Source: the human T2T-CHM13v2.0 reference genome, Homo sapiens. From it: 64,000 bases of DNA. This document shows, piece after piece, positions 12,200 to 25,171 of the stretch (the stretch's first letter is position 1; each line of letters opens with the position of its first letter). Both the position numbers and the translations under genes were made by a program. The notes under the pieces are model-generated. The model ran no database searches. It was given only the letters and a program-made list of their open reading frames with translations, and was not told where the DNA came from. The DNA is taken from the NCBI RefSeq assembly GCF_009914755.1, contig NC_060929.1; one strand, written 5' to 3'.

Positions 12200-13040
12200 T
12201 GATTGCAATTGTGATCAACAAGCAGTCAGGCCCCTAGACTTCCTCTGCCACTCTGCACAACAGAGCTGCCTGCTCCTTCTCTACCATGGCAAAATACAGG
12301 AGGTTTAATAACTGGTACCTCACAGGGTCTGTTAATTGAGGGCATAGGTTTAAGGCTGGGGTACCTCATTTAAAGTAGGAGTATTAAACAAAGGGAGATG
12401 CCAAGACACACACCCCACCACACACAAACACAACCCTCTCATCTTCGCTGGCTCCCAGTAAAAATGGCAGCTGGCCATTCACTCTACAGGTGGCAGATGA
12501 TAAGCATCTTCTCTGAAGTCTGAGAAGCCTAAGAGGAAAGACCTGAAGATACCAACACTGATTCTTAATCAAACAGCCCAGCCAGATCACCCTACAGTGA
12601 AGCTCAGTGTCAACTAGCCCCACCCACACATCAAAGCGTCCAAACAGCTTTGTAGTCCCTCTTACAGATGAACAACAACTGAATATTATCAGAGATTGGA
12701 GGAAAGCCTTTCACGGGAAAATGGAGATCAAAACAGAGGGGAAAAGAAAGTAAAAAGCCTGGAGAAAAAAAGACTCTGCAGGGAGGGGGAAAAATCTTTA
12801 AAATGATTACCATGAATATCTTTAGAGAGATAAGAAATGATAGTAACCATGAAATAGTAATTATAGACAAAATAAAAGAACATCTGGAAAGAAAAGAAAA
12901 AAGGCCTGGAAAGTTACATTTATGTATTTGTGTATATTCACAGACATGGAAAAGTTAATAGAGAGTTGAAAGATAAACTTGAGAAAAGCTCTAGAAAATA
13001 GAGAAGAAAGGAAGGAAAGAGAAAAGACAAAGACAAAGGA
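12200..13040 (+). mobile_element. Ancient L1 5'/ORF1 remnant (HAL1 or L1ME 5'-end-like)
   Basis: CAGCCCAGCCAGATCACCCTACAGTGAAG followed by A-rich ORF1-like sequence (GAGTTGAAAGATAAACTTGAGAAAAGCTCTAGAAAATAGAG). Confidence 0.6.
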
Positions 13041-13758
13041 AGAAGACAGAAAGGGAAGGAAGAAATAAGTTTGCATGGCCCAAGAATGTAATGGTAGGGA
13101 AGAGTATGTACAGTTAGCTTTGGAGGGATGTTCATTAAAGAGCAAAGCCAAGAGCTACAGGAATGATTACACAACAAACTCTCATAAGTGAAATCTGATT
13201 ATGTCAAGGGTTAACCCCTGCCACTTGCTGTTCATGATCTTTTTAAAATGATCTCTCCAACTTAAGCACCATCCAGTGGGTATAACTGTACCTTTGCTAT
13301 GAGCAATCATCTTACAGAACTCAGAATCAAATTTTGAGTCTAAACTACATTATGGTGAAGTGTTGATATAAATGGAAATTGTGTCGTGATTTGGTTCCCT
13401 GGAAGTTATATTTTATTTTTTATATCTAAATTTGATTTAAGCTTTTATTCTTATAATCTGCCAGTTTTATTTTTTCCCCAAAGCCTACTGCTTCAAAAGC
13501 AAGTTCCAGAAAAAATAAGCCTGTCTAATATGAGTAAAGAAAGATGAATGTCTTATGAAAATAATGTCTATTGACCCAGATCCTGCTGAGAGAGCAAGCA
13601 AATCCTTAGGTGCAAATGAGGCACTTATTGCTGCCATTCAGCTTCAGGAGGCTTCACTTATTACATGACTGTTGGAGGGCAGTAATAGTTCTTTAATAAC
13701 CTGAAGAGTAAAGGAGTTTTCTCATAATGACAACTAATGCTCGTTCACTTGTCTGCAG

Positions 13759-13807
13759 GTGATTGAACATCCGTCACAACTCTTCCTGTGATTCTGGATA
13801 GAAATAG
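13759..13807 (+). other. Candidate exon (49 nt) of a plus-strand spliced transcript
   Basis: Branch-like CTAAT (13734-38), acceptor TTCACTTGTCTGCAG and a consensus donor AG|GTGAGT. Motif evidence only. Confidence 0.35.
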
Positions 13808-13925
13808 GTGAGTCACAATCAGACGTTCAACATCAGAGTGGCTGAGAAGAAACTCACCAACAGCCACTGGAAAACTGATGAGGTTTCTCCAATCTCTTTA
13901 TAAACTTCTTTTCCAATTTTCTCAG

Positions 13926-13995
13926 GCAATAGGACCAGCCTTGGAAGCATTTGCCATGGAGACATCTGAAGTGGTAGCAGAGAAAAATCACCAGG
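13926..13995 (+). other. Candidate exon (70 nt, or an open-ended terminal exon)
   Basis: Acceptor CTTCTTTTCCAATTTTCTCAG, GCCATGG Kozak at 13953-59 and a weaker donor AGG|GTATGA. Confidence 0.3.
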
Positions 13996-15034
13996 GTATG
14001 AGGCAGAGGGCCACTGCCTCAGCTGTCACCTCAGAGTCTCCTCAAGACCTAGCCAAGGAAATCACCACCTTTCTCCAGCCTTGGTGTTCTCCTTTGGGAC
14101 TGGACCAAGGTTCCTTTCAGCTTTAAGTCTATGATTCCAACTTTTATCAAATCATACTATTTAGTAAGATAAATCAAATCAGCCATCTTAGCCACCCGCC
14201 AGGCTGAAACCACTGCTCACCACAGGCAAATGAGCAAATGTGTATTTGCAGGGCTCCCTGGCATGTAGGAAGGGAATGGAAAAGTGGCTGATGGCAGAGC
14301 TTTGTAATCACTTTGGAGGCTCTGACCCTTGGGTCCCAGTCACACAAGGCTGGCAGCTGTGTCTTATGCTGCACGGATGGCAACACCAATCCATTGAGCA
14401 TGGGCCATTGACTCCTGGGTAATTCATTAGCAAAAGAGCACAGACCCACTCTGGTAACAAAAGAAAATCCATAAGCAAGAGATCTCAAACAAAGGGAATG
14501 TTTCTGTCTATGTAGTAAGACATTGGCTTTTAAAAGGACACTCACTCCAGCTCTCTGAGGATGAGCAGTTACCTACTCACAACTAGGCAGGTGCAGAACC
14601 CCCAACAGAGCCAGAAAGCATGTCCCCTGCAAGAATAAATGGTCCCAGAGCCACCCCTAAAGGCCACAGGGTGTTTGATAGCATCACAATTTCTTGAGTC
14701 TCAGAAACAACCTCCTTCCACTTCTAAAGAGGCAAAAAGAACAAAGTCTGTCAGTGACAGGCCTGGAGTGTTCACTTACTGATGACATTCTGGCAGATCT
14801 TGATCCATTCCTCCTGGGACTTCAGCTAACGCTAATCCCAAGACCTCAGCTAGTCCAGCTGCAGACTAAGGCCTCTATATGGGTTGTTTGAAATGTTTTG
14901 GGTCATTCAACCAGTTACTTTTTAAACAGTCATGCTAGCCCTTACGAGTCTTCAAGAACAATCATAGTTCGGGGACGGGGGAGCGGGGGGAAGATGCAGG
15001 CAAGGAGGCTCTGACTTGGATAAAACACCAGCCC

Positions 15035-15280
15035 AGAGAAGATGTAGAGAGTAACTGGGAAGGCCAGGGAGAATTGGGTTCAAATCTCCAATTTGCCATT
15101 TATCAGCCATGGGATCTTGTACAAATTGCTAACTTCCTTTAGTATTGTTTCTGCACTGGTGAAATGACAATGATATTACCTAACTCACATGGTTGTGCCA
15201 AGAATTAAATAAGATAGTGCGTGTACAACACTGAAGCCCACTACCTTGCACACAGAGTAGGTGCTCCATAAATGTCAGAT
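15035..15280 (+). mobile_element. MIR, near full length
   Basis: TGGGTTCAAATCTCC...TACCTAACTCACATGGTTGTG...AATTAAATAAGAT...GTAGGTGCTCCATAAATG. Confidence 0.8.
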
Positions 15281-15779
15281 TCAGGTGTGTGCCCACACTC
15301 ACACTAACCGAGGATCCCACAAACTCTTTACAATGTAGCTAAACAATTCTAACACCACTACCTTAGATAAAAACTGATCCACCATGTGCACTCAAGGAAG
15401 GAAATATTAAACAGGGAGGCATGTGCCAACAAGGAAAACAACAGAAATAATTATAGTAGATCCTCTGTGCCTTGTGCCCAACAGAAAATGAGTTTGTTGC
15501 TAGGTTCCTTTTCTGGCCACAATTCACGGTGCAATTAAATTCCTGGCATTGTTTTTCATGTTCCATTTTAAACAGCCTTCTTGTCCAGGTCCCTGTCATG
15601 TGACCTGCTCAGTGGGGCCAACAGAGAAATGAGCCCAGTGGGCCTCCCTCTCATTGGCACCTGTAATGCTCAAGTTCCTCCAATTTGACATCTGCCCAAG
15701 TTACTGAGGTCCCCTAAAGGAGGAGGTTTTCTGGACTCTGGAGCCTCCATCTCTGCTACCACCACCATTCCCATGGGGT

Positions 15780-15950
15780 GGAAAAGAACATGGGCTTTGG
15801 GGAAAAAAAAAACACAGATCTGCCACTTTGGCTGGACAGCTAAACTTGGACATGTTATTTAAACTCGGAGCCCCTAAGTCATGGCTAATTCCACCCACCT
15901 GCAAGACTGTTGCAGATTTACAAAGTGAGGGACCTGGAGTTCTCAGCATA
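15780..15950 (+). mobile_element. MIR fragment
   Basis: GAACATGGGCTTTGG...TCTGCCACTT...CTTGGACATGTTATTTAAACTC. Confidence 0.55.
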
Positions 15951-15989
15951 GTATGTGAATCATAGCAGACCTCCAATTCATGGTAACAG

Positions 15990-17000
15990 CTATTCCTGCC
16001 ATGCCCTTAGGTCTCCTCCTCCCTCTTTCTTTGGTCCTTCTCAGTGTCCTTTGTGTGCACTCATTTCTCCTTGCCTTTTCCTTAAACACTTGTATCCCTA
16101 AACAAAGGCTTAGTCTTTCATTTTCTCTTCTTCTGTGACACCACTCCCCCTGAACAGTAGCATCCACACTGATGGATCCAGTTCTCACCCACAACCGAAT
16201 GACTTGCAGATGGCTGTCCCAGGCCAGTCTTCTCTCCTGGGCCCCAGACCACTACTTTCAGGTCCACACTTGACTCCTTGTCCGGCTTCCCCATGACCCC
16301 AAACCATAGACCTAAAACAAACTTCAACTGCACCCCTGCCAAAGCCTGCCCTTATTCAGCTATCCTCACTAGCCCCTCTCCAGACAGCCATGGGTTCACC
16401 AACGGCTGTGGTCTGTACCTCCTTGCTAGCTTTCACATGAGCACTATCTTACCCCGTTGTATTACCACTGCTTTGCTCAGGCCTTTCTCTCTAAGCTGGC
16501 CTCCAGGCATGCTCCTGTCCCTCTATCCTCTCCCCTGCCTCCTGAATCATCTCCCTAACTTGAAATCTCACCCTGTCCCTTCGTTGTTTAAAATCCTTCA
16601 GCAGGTCCCATCATCTAAAAGTAGGACAAAGATATTTCTTATTAAACCTGGGCACTTTTGAGAGTGAAAGAGGGACACCGTTCATCATTGTACCAGGATA
16701 ACAGGCATAAACAGGCATAAAGCGTGACACAGTGAGATGTACAGTCATCCTACCCATGAAGAGCGAGCCTCAGCCAGGCTCCCAAGGCACTTTGTGACCT
16801 AGCTTCCACCTGTGAGGGCAACCACACCTCCCTTTCTCTCTCAAATGCAATCTGCTCTGGACTTCTCCCTGCATCCCCTGTGTCATGCTCTTCCCCACCT
16901 GACACATCCTTCTACCTCTGCCTAGATGCTCCCCCTGTCCACCAGGCAGTTGCCTACATCCAACCCTACATCACCTTCCCTGTGATGTCTTTCTGCTCCC
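15990..17000 (+). mobile_element. L2, interrupted by MER81
   Basis: Pyrimidine-rich L2 body (CCAGTCTTCTCTCCTGGGCCCCAGACC, CCCTTCGTTGTTTAAAATCCTTCAG) that resumes after 16752. Confidence 0.65.
16622..16752 (+). mobile_element. MER81 (hAT-Blackjack) DNA transposon fossil
   Basis: GGGCACTTTTGAGAGTGAAAGAGGG...AACAGGCATAAAC with TAGG...TCATCCTA terminal repeats. Confidence 0.75.
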
Positions 17001-18639
17001 TGGAGCACCCTGGCTCCTCCACTCCCACCCTCTCAAGTGCCTGAGCATGCATCATATAGGCTCTGCCTGGTGTCACAATAGGGTTGGGTGCAGAATGCAG
17101 TGTAGGTGTCCAAGGTTTACCAGATAAATACATAAGCTTCCAACCAATGATCCCCTCTCTCAGGTGCTGAACTCAGAATGGCCAGATGTGCTAAGTCACA
17201 GCAGAGACAACATACTGACCCAGGCACACTAGGACCAAGCAAGCCACTAGACCTGGCCTCCAAGGAGATCAAAACCAAACCTCAGCAACAAGCTCCTGAG
17301 ATACAGCCGGACTCACTCTGCTTCCTGAGACTCCCTTTATTCTTAACACTCTTAGAAGCAAGTAATAGAGCCATCTTCACTTCTCCCCAGAGGAGATTGG
17401 GGACCTGCGGAGAATCTATGCTGCAGCCACAAGAATATTGACATGAGTGTGCACGCAGGGCTATAGCCAGGCCCTACAACCAGGCAAGGCCCTAAGGACG
17501 GGAAAATCACCCTCTGCTGACCATTCTCTTCCCCTTGTTCAGCCTCCTGGCAGATACCAGGTTGTCCACCTCCCAGCTCCCAAGCTCACATGACACAAAC
17601 CCAGCTACCTAAGTTCCTCTCCCAGCTCCTAGTCCAAATACCCAGGAAAGAGGCTCTGATCTTGGGTTAGGGGCTTGTCCCTAGCTCAATCAACTGTAGG
17701 TATCTGGCAGGATGCTTCCAGACAGAATGGCCATGGAGGAGCCCACTACTACAAATGGTGGAGAACGAGGCAGAGCATCAGGGCTCACATGAGCCAGGTA
17801 AACACTCCAAAAGGAAAGTCCACTGCCCACCTCCACCCTAGACATTGCGTTTTCTCCTCCCCTCCCCCTTCTCTATATTTCCTTCTTCCTGGGTATGCTA
17901 TTTTTCCTCTACTATAATTATCTTCACAAATTCTCTGCCCATTCTTCAGAACTGAGACCAAATTTCACCTCCCCATGAAACTGGGTGTGGCTAATTCTAA
18001 CTGGTTACAAAATGCTATTCACATTGCATTAGGAAGCTGCATTTTATTTGTGATCATACTTTTCCTTCAACCCTATGAATGGTCTACTTAAATTCAGTAC
18101 AGCCAGATTGAGAAGAGAAAAAAAATTTTAAAACTCCCTTCCATGTGCTGGGCACTCAGAGGCAACAGGGAGGCTTGGGAAGCTTACAATCTCACAAGAA
18201 GTAATGTACAAGGTCCCTGAAGAGTATCATACAAGTGTAAATGAGGAAAGGGAAGAGGGAGTCAAAGTTGAATGCAAACATTATTTCCCAAGAAAGGTTA
18301 ATTCAAGGATGATTTTTGTCATGTTATAGAAGAACTCTTCCATTTTCAAAATGATTTAATCCAGCAATCCTCTAATAGCCAGCTCCTTGGAAGCATTAAG
18401 TTCAGAAGTTGACTTTGGCACAGAAGCACTTATCTGGGGTAAAGAGAAGGCAACTGACATAGGACTTCAGACATGGTCTGAAGAATTTATAAACGGTATA
18501 GCCACTTCTCACTGCTAGCAGACTGGACATACAATCACTTCAAGCTAATAGATATATTATGCTCTAAAATGAATGGTATTCAGATCCCTGGAACTAGATA
18601 TAGTTTTCTAAATTCCAAGGGGGTGCATCAAGAAATAGA

Positions 18640-18790
18640 GCACAAAATACAAACTGTGACCTAAGACTGATTCCAGCTTTGCCATTAAACACTTTCCTAA
18701 TCAGGGCCCCAAATTCCTCCCCTATAAAAAAAGGAAGTTGAAATTAAAGCTCTCAGAAATCCCTTCCAGCACTAAAATTCTATGCTCTAC
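18640..18790 (+). mobile_element. MIR3-like fragment
   Basis: TTCCTCCCTATAAAA...TCTCAGAAATCCCTTCCAGCACTAAAATTCTATG is a MIR3/MIRc-type tail. Confidence 0.65.
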
Positions 18791-19344
18791 ATTAAATTAT
18801 ATATATGCAGGCTCCACAATATCCCTTTGGACTTAAATGTCACACCAAAAAACAGTGCCAGGCATTTATTAACAATAAAAATTCAAATGATATGGAAAAA
18901 TAATTACATTTTATCTTTTGGGGAGACAGAAGCACCCAAAGACTTTTTTCCTGCTGTACCTTGTAAAAATCGTTAACAGCAGAGTCACTGCAATTAAACC
19001 AAACCTAATGATGCAACTAATCAATGCAGCTGCAGAAAATGACAGAGTTTAGATCTCCAGAGAGCTGTTGGGCCAGGAAGAAACAGATTATAGATGCTAA
19101 GAGACAGGAAGAGTAGACACCCACCACAGCAGTGGCCCAGAGGCAAAGGCAGTCTTCCCTTTGGTCTCAGCAGGATCCCACAGGTGAGAGATCCCAGAAC
19201 AAGTCTAACCTGGATTCTGAGGAATTCCCATAGGAGGAAGGTATGTGAGATGCACAGTATGAGAAAATTGGGAAGGTGCCCGCACCATGGAAAAGACAAG
19301 ACGGGCACAAGTCAACATGGCTTAGAAACTAGAAACGCGATGAT

Positions 19345-19830
19345 TCTTTTTATTGTGATTTTTAAAACAGAACAAAAAATTTACCATTGTAAATTTTTAA
19401 GTTTACAGTTCACTACTGTTAAGTATATTCACATTGTTGTGCAACCAATCACCAGAAATTTTTCATCTTGCAAAACTGAAACCCTATACTCATTAAACTA
19501 TACCCCATTTCCCTTCCCTGCAGCTCTTGGCAACGACCATCCTACTTTCTGTTTCTATGCGTTTGACTACTTTAGATACTGCATAAAGTGGAATTATACT
19601 GTAGTTGTCTTTTTGTGACTGGATTATTTCATTTAGCTTTATGTCTTCAACTTCCATCCATGTTGTAACATGTGATAGAATGTCCTTGCCTTTAAAGCTG
19701 AAAAGGATTCCACTTGTATGTATACACCACATTTTCTTTACCCATTAATCCATCAGTGCACTCTTGGATTGTTTCCACTTCTTGGCTGTTGTTGTTAATG
19801 CTGCTATGAATATGGGTGTACAGATATGGA
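19345..19830 (-). mobile_element. L1MB 3' end
   Basis: AAATTTACCAT...TTAAGTATATTCACATTGTTGTGCAACC...GCAAAACTGAAACCCTATAC...TGCTGCTATGAATATGGGTGTACAGATAT. Confidence 0.92.
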
Positions 19831-20652
19831 GATAATTCTTATAAGTAGATTCTCATAAGCAGAAATGTCTGTTTTGAACTACAGGTCAGCCTAATGTTTT
19901 TCATTGTTTCCTAATATAAATTATTGCTCCTTCTTGCCTAACGTGGAGAAAAGGAGGGCAACAGCTGACAAAGCCCTTCACCAGCAGAGGAGAAGAGTGT
20001 CCACACTAAAGGACTGTCGTGTGTGCTACATAACGAATGCCCCTGAATACACAGAGGAGACCATGACCTAGTCACAGGGATGTAGCTGTTCCCCAAACCA
20101 GTGGTCCTCTACTAGTTCTGTTTCTGTCTGAGGAGACTTTCTCAAATATCTAGAAAAATCTTAATTAAAATAGGTACACTGTGACAAAAAGCTACTGGCA
20201 AATCAGAAGTGTTTTGAAATAAATCGGTATTATATTACACTCAATCACACACAAGTAAAAAGCAAAGCTTGGCAAACACATGGATTTACCAACTTGAAAT
20301 CATTCCCCCCCCAATATATGACCCACCACCACCACCATACCTACCACCTCTCCCAGGGGTCTGAGAGCCAGAAGTGGGGAACGCCTCCCTAAACCATCCC
20401 TACTCACCTGTTCAGGCATCTGTAAACCTATCACCATACCTATAAGAGAAATGACTAGGATTCAATCTATGCCTGCAAGAAAATCCCTAAATAAATTTAA
20501 TCCACCTCTATAAAGCCAGCCAAAAACATCAGCAACCTCGAGGTAGGTGATATAATCCGGCTATATTCAAAAGCCCAGGGGCTTGATGCCTGGCTTTCCA
20601 TAATATTACCATTCAGTCTCTAACATCAAATAGGCATTAAGCATTGGTATTA

Positions 20653-20960
<308 letters not shown>

Positions 20961-22214
20961 TTAATTAAAATTAAATACATACCCACTCGCTGTTATCTCA
21001 GTAAGAACCACACCTCACCTCATGTTTGTACTAGAGAGGGCACACAATCTGAGAGCAAGTTAGGGTCCATCCTCCTTCTACCAAACATCATCTGATTAGA
21101 AACCTGGTGGTTTCTTTGGGGCTCTTAGACTAGGGAGGACTGGACAGAATTCTACTGTGAAGTGCAACCCCAGAGATCCCCAAACACCTACAGATGCCAC
21201 CTGACTCCCTGTGTGCCTGGGCTACAGCAGCCAGGACTCAATGATTTCTTTTCATTAGGTATAGCCACTAAATGGAATTCAAATACAGGTAAGAATGTAT
21301 GAGTGACAAATAATCAGATTTTTTTAACTTTACAGTAAAATTTCCTTGAACTTGCATTTGCAAACAGCAGCATATCAAAGACATTTTTCCCCATCAATCA
21401 ATTTGAATCATTCATTCAGAATTAATTCAATGATGATTTCAAACTCCAAACATCAGGTTCTCCGTTGTTTCATCTTTCTCAGAGTTAGCAGACACTTTGT
21501 ACAGAGACATCCTGCACTTGGCACCTGCTCCACTTTCTGTGCCCTCCCAACTTTCCTCCTCCCGTGGGGCAGGGCCCTATCAGAAAAGCCCTGCCTGAGA
21601 GAAGAAGGTCTGCCCTTCAGTAGGAATCTGGCCTGACACCTGATTTCCACGGAGTTGTCAGTGGGGTGCCAGGGAAGTGAGACAGCACTCTTCGTTCAGG
21701 TGTCACTTCTCTTCCACAATCTTCCAGTGATCTCCCTATCCTCAGGCCCTGCTTCAAGGCATCAGAACTGCTAAGAAGCCAGGAAGGAGATGCTTGGCTT
21801 CAGCCCCCAGGACAGTTGCAGGACCAGGTGCCCTGGCACTCTTTCCAGCCTGCTGGCTGGTCACAATCGCAAAGTAGAAAATGATTTCTTCTCAACTGAC
21901 CCAAGGGCCCAATACCTTCTGCCCAGTGCAACAAAAAGAGAGATAGTCTCCTTGACCAGACACAGGCAATCCTGGACCATGTGTCAGGAACATGTACCAC
22001 CTACACAATAACTTTGACTCAAAAACATCCTCTGCTCTACCCCACCTCTCTCCTCTCAGCCTAAATAAAATAACCAGTTAGTTTCCTCAGAAAGTAGTTT
22101 TAACATTAGCTCTGCTACAACTGTGTTTTTTCAGTCTTAAGCAGTTCTGATTGTCTGTGTTTCCATGGCCAGCAAAGAGAGGCAGCATCACAGAGATGGG
22201 CTCTGCCAAGTAGA

Positions 22215-22750
22215 TACTGTCAAATTTTAGAGCCTCTTGCCTCTCTAAGTCCCAGTTTCCTTATCTGTAAAATGAGGCAAAACCCATGTCTAAGATTAAA
22301 CAAGGAGCCTGGCACAGTGGCTCATACCTGTAATCCCTGTACTTACGGAGGCCGAAGTAGGAGGATGGCTTGAGCCCAGGAGTTCCAGATCAGTCTAGGT
22401 ATCACAGTGGAACCCCATCTCTATGAAAAATAAAATAAAATAAAATAGCCAGGTGTAGTGGCAGATGCCTGTAGTCCCAGCTACTAAGGAGGCTGAGGTA
22501 GGAGGATCACTTGAGCCCAGGCTGTAGTGAGCTATGATCATAGCCACTGCACTCTGGCCTGGGCAACAAAGTGAGATGCTGTCTCAAAAAAAAAAAAAAA
22601 AAAAAAAAAAAAGAAAGAAAGAAAAAGAAAGAAAGGAAACAAAATAAAAGGTAAATAAGAAACAAATGAAATAATTTTTTAAAATTAAACAAGGTGGCAT
22701 TCATAAAAAAAAACTCTATAGAAGAGTGTGTCCAAACACACATGGTAGAT
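22215..22750 (+). mobile_element. MIR split by an AluJ
   Basis: CCCAGTTTCCTTATCTGTAAAATGAGG before the Alu; MIR-tail-like sequence after 22694. Confidence 0.6.
22306..22680 (+). mobile_element. AluJ with a ~95-nt A/GAAA-rich tail
   Basis: AluJ diagnostics (GGAGGATGGCTTGAGCCCAGG, GAGCTATGATC). TSD AAGATTAAACAAGG (22292-22305) / AAAATTAAACAAGG (22681-22694). Confidence 0.95.
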
Positions 22751-23159
22751 ACCTCCCAAAAAGGGCAGGATCTTCTTTCCTCAATGCAAAAAAGCCCAGG
22801 GAATCTTCAAGCTATAGCCTTGGGGGAGTGAGATGTTGAGGTGGGGAAGGGCAAGAAGATTGAGGACCTTTCTTCTCAACTTTAATAGTTTTCACTCAAA
22901 TTGCAATTGATGACAACCATCAGAGGACTTGTGTCTCCACACCTGTTCTAGGGAATTTATCACCTTTGGTAATGATAGGTGTTAACCCACTGGGATAGAG
23001 TGGGTTCAGTTCCACTCAAAGACTGCTGTGATTCTTGTCCTTTTCAGCCCTGGTCACCACTCTGTGGCATCCTGCACCAGTGCATGCAAATCTGCTCTGA
23101 GTTTTCACTTGAGCATTCCAAAAATGGGGGCAGGTGCATCTCCCCAGGAAAGGTGTGGG

Positions 23160-23740
23160 GTGTACATGCATCTCAGCACCTCCAGCTCAATCAGGGCTGA
23201 CTTCATGGGTGTGTGACCTGCGCATTCACATAGGGCCCATGCTTAGAAGGGCCATGCTCTGCTATTGCCATCTTGAAATTCTTAGTAATTTTTTAACAAG
23301 AGGCCTCACATTTTACTTTTCTCCAGGCCCTGAAAATTATGTAGACAGTCCTTAGCTCCGAACTTCACAACAATATTCAGCTTCTTTCAAAACTGTTCTC
23401 CCTCTTTTTTCCTGATAATGGCACCATTATCTCTCCTATTACCTGGGCTTGAAGTCATAGGCTCTCTCCCCTCACTAGCCCTCTGCATCTGAAAGCTGCT
23501 AGATGCTGCCAATTCTATCTCCATGCTGCATCCGTGTCATCCCATCCATTCTCACTGTGGCTGCTCCACCTCTCTCTCTCACCCAAACTATTAAAATACC
23601 CTCCCGACCAGTGTTCCCTCTTCCAAACTCCTCCACAGCTCATCTTCCCTGCCCACCCATGCCAGGCAAATTTCACCAAGGCAAGAGCAATCATGGCATT
23701 CTCCTGCTCAAAGCTCCTCGGTCTCTCTCAGTGTAGCAGT
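23160..23740 (+). mobile_element. L2, interrupted by MER91
   Basis: CAGCACCTCCAGCTCAA | ... ATAATGGCACCATTATC ... ATCATGGCATTCTCCTGCTCAAAGC. Confidence 0.6.
23192..23353 (+). mobile_element. MER91A (hAT-Tip100) DNA transposon fossil
   Basis: CAGGGCTGACTTCATGGGTGTGTGACCTG...CCATCTTGAAATTCTTAGTAAT...AAATTATGTAGACAGTCCT; partial 8-bp TSD AGCTCAAT / AGCTCCGA. Confidence 0.82.
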
Positions 23741-24600
23741 TCAGTTGCTCTGAAGCCACTGATAATCCCCGCACCTGGCCCAGTCTAGGAACAGACCCAC
23801 CCTACCCAGGACTCAAACTTTTCAGGTAAGCCACAGGCCACAGGGTAGATCACCTCTCCCTCCTTGATCCTTAGTCTAAAACAGAACAGTTTTCCCCTTC
23901 TTAGGTAATGCCATTCTTATTATACTCCATGCTCCCGGCAGCCAGGAGCCATGCTTGATCATTCCATCTCTGCTTACCCCCAAACACTCCTGCACAACGC
24001 AGAATGTTTTTCAAAGTGACTGTCACAATACACAGTTTCTCCCAATGTTGCCCCAAGCTCACGTTTCAGCCTTAGCAGGGATGAACTCAATGCAATCACA
24101 GTGCTATTTACAATGTATTCAATTTTGCAGGACACCTGTCACTTCCTTTTCTTCTTTTTTTAGTGACAATAAACACCAACAGAAGAATTACATTAAGCAT
24201 AAACAGACTCTTGAAATCTACCTCAAAGTAATATGAAAGATCTGCACTAATCCAGCTAATGTGCTTTCCCTGCAACACCACGTAAACCCAGCTCTCATTT
24301 GAATATTTAACAAGCAACATCTTGGTAAATCTCATTCCCTTGATCTATGTAGAAATAAAAAATGGATTTAGCCCATTCAGATTGTGTTTGGTCCTGCACA
24401 TACATTTTATGCCTCCACTTGAAATCTTAATCCTATTGCAGCACACTAATTCTGGCTTGTATAAGATGCTGCCAGCAGAATCCATTGATTTGCTTCACCC
24501 ATTTACATTTGTATCCTTCAGCCAGTCCTGTAACGTTTTAGCTCAGTAAGTAAGCATGTATATTTTTGAGTTCTACAAATTAGGGTAATTTTAGACCCTA

Positions 24601-24826
24601 AAGGTTGAGTTTCCCTTATCTAAAATGCTTGGGACCAGTAGTGTTTTAGATTTTGGATTTTTTCCATATTTTGCAATACATGCATTATATACTGACCTTG
24701 GTTAAACATCTCAAATTTGAAAATCCAAAATGCCCCAGTGAGCATTTCCTTTGAGCATCAGGTTGATGGCCAAAAAGTTTTGGATTTTCCAGTGTTTCAG
24801 ATTTTGGATTTGGGATGTTCAATCTG
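24601..24826 (+). mobile_element. Tigger4a/Zombi (TcMar-Tigger) MITE
   Basis: AGGTTGAGTTTCCCTTATCTAAAATGCTTGGGACCAG...GGGATGTTCAATCTG terminal inverted repeats, flanked by TA dinucleotides. Confidence 0.88.
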
Positions 24827-25110
24827 TATAACAACTACATACTTTAGACCACTAACCATGTAGAAAACCTTGAAAGTATGTTTTGTAAAACAAGCCAAAA
24901 TTTAACTATTTACATTCGTGGTATATAACTTCACCATCACATGCCGTGTGTTTTGTATCAAAATGATATGATTAGATGAGCTTTTTTGCCAATGAAATGT
25001 ATTTTTATACCAATTCTGCTGGCTTGTTGCTGTACATACTAAGAAAATATGAAAATGGAGTGTTTTGCCAAGTCATTATGAAGCCGTCATTTTGAAAGGG
25101 CGGGGCTTAC

Positions 25111-25171
25111 TGAATCCCAAATTATTTAGTTATCTTTTTCCCCATTTGCATTGACTATTACCTACTGCCAC
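25111..25171 (-). other. Candidate 61-nt cassette exon (stops in all frames) with alternative microexon donors
   Basis: Minus strand: TTCAC branch-like site, TTTTTTTCTTTTACCAG acceptor and TCA|GTAAGC donor; internal GCA|GTAGGT and TAG|GTAATA donors. Confidence 0.35.

Noticed and set aside
19094-19618. 174-aa ORF (longest in the track)
   Set aside because: The second half is antisense L1MB 3'UTR, and there is no homology I can recognise.
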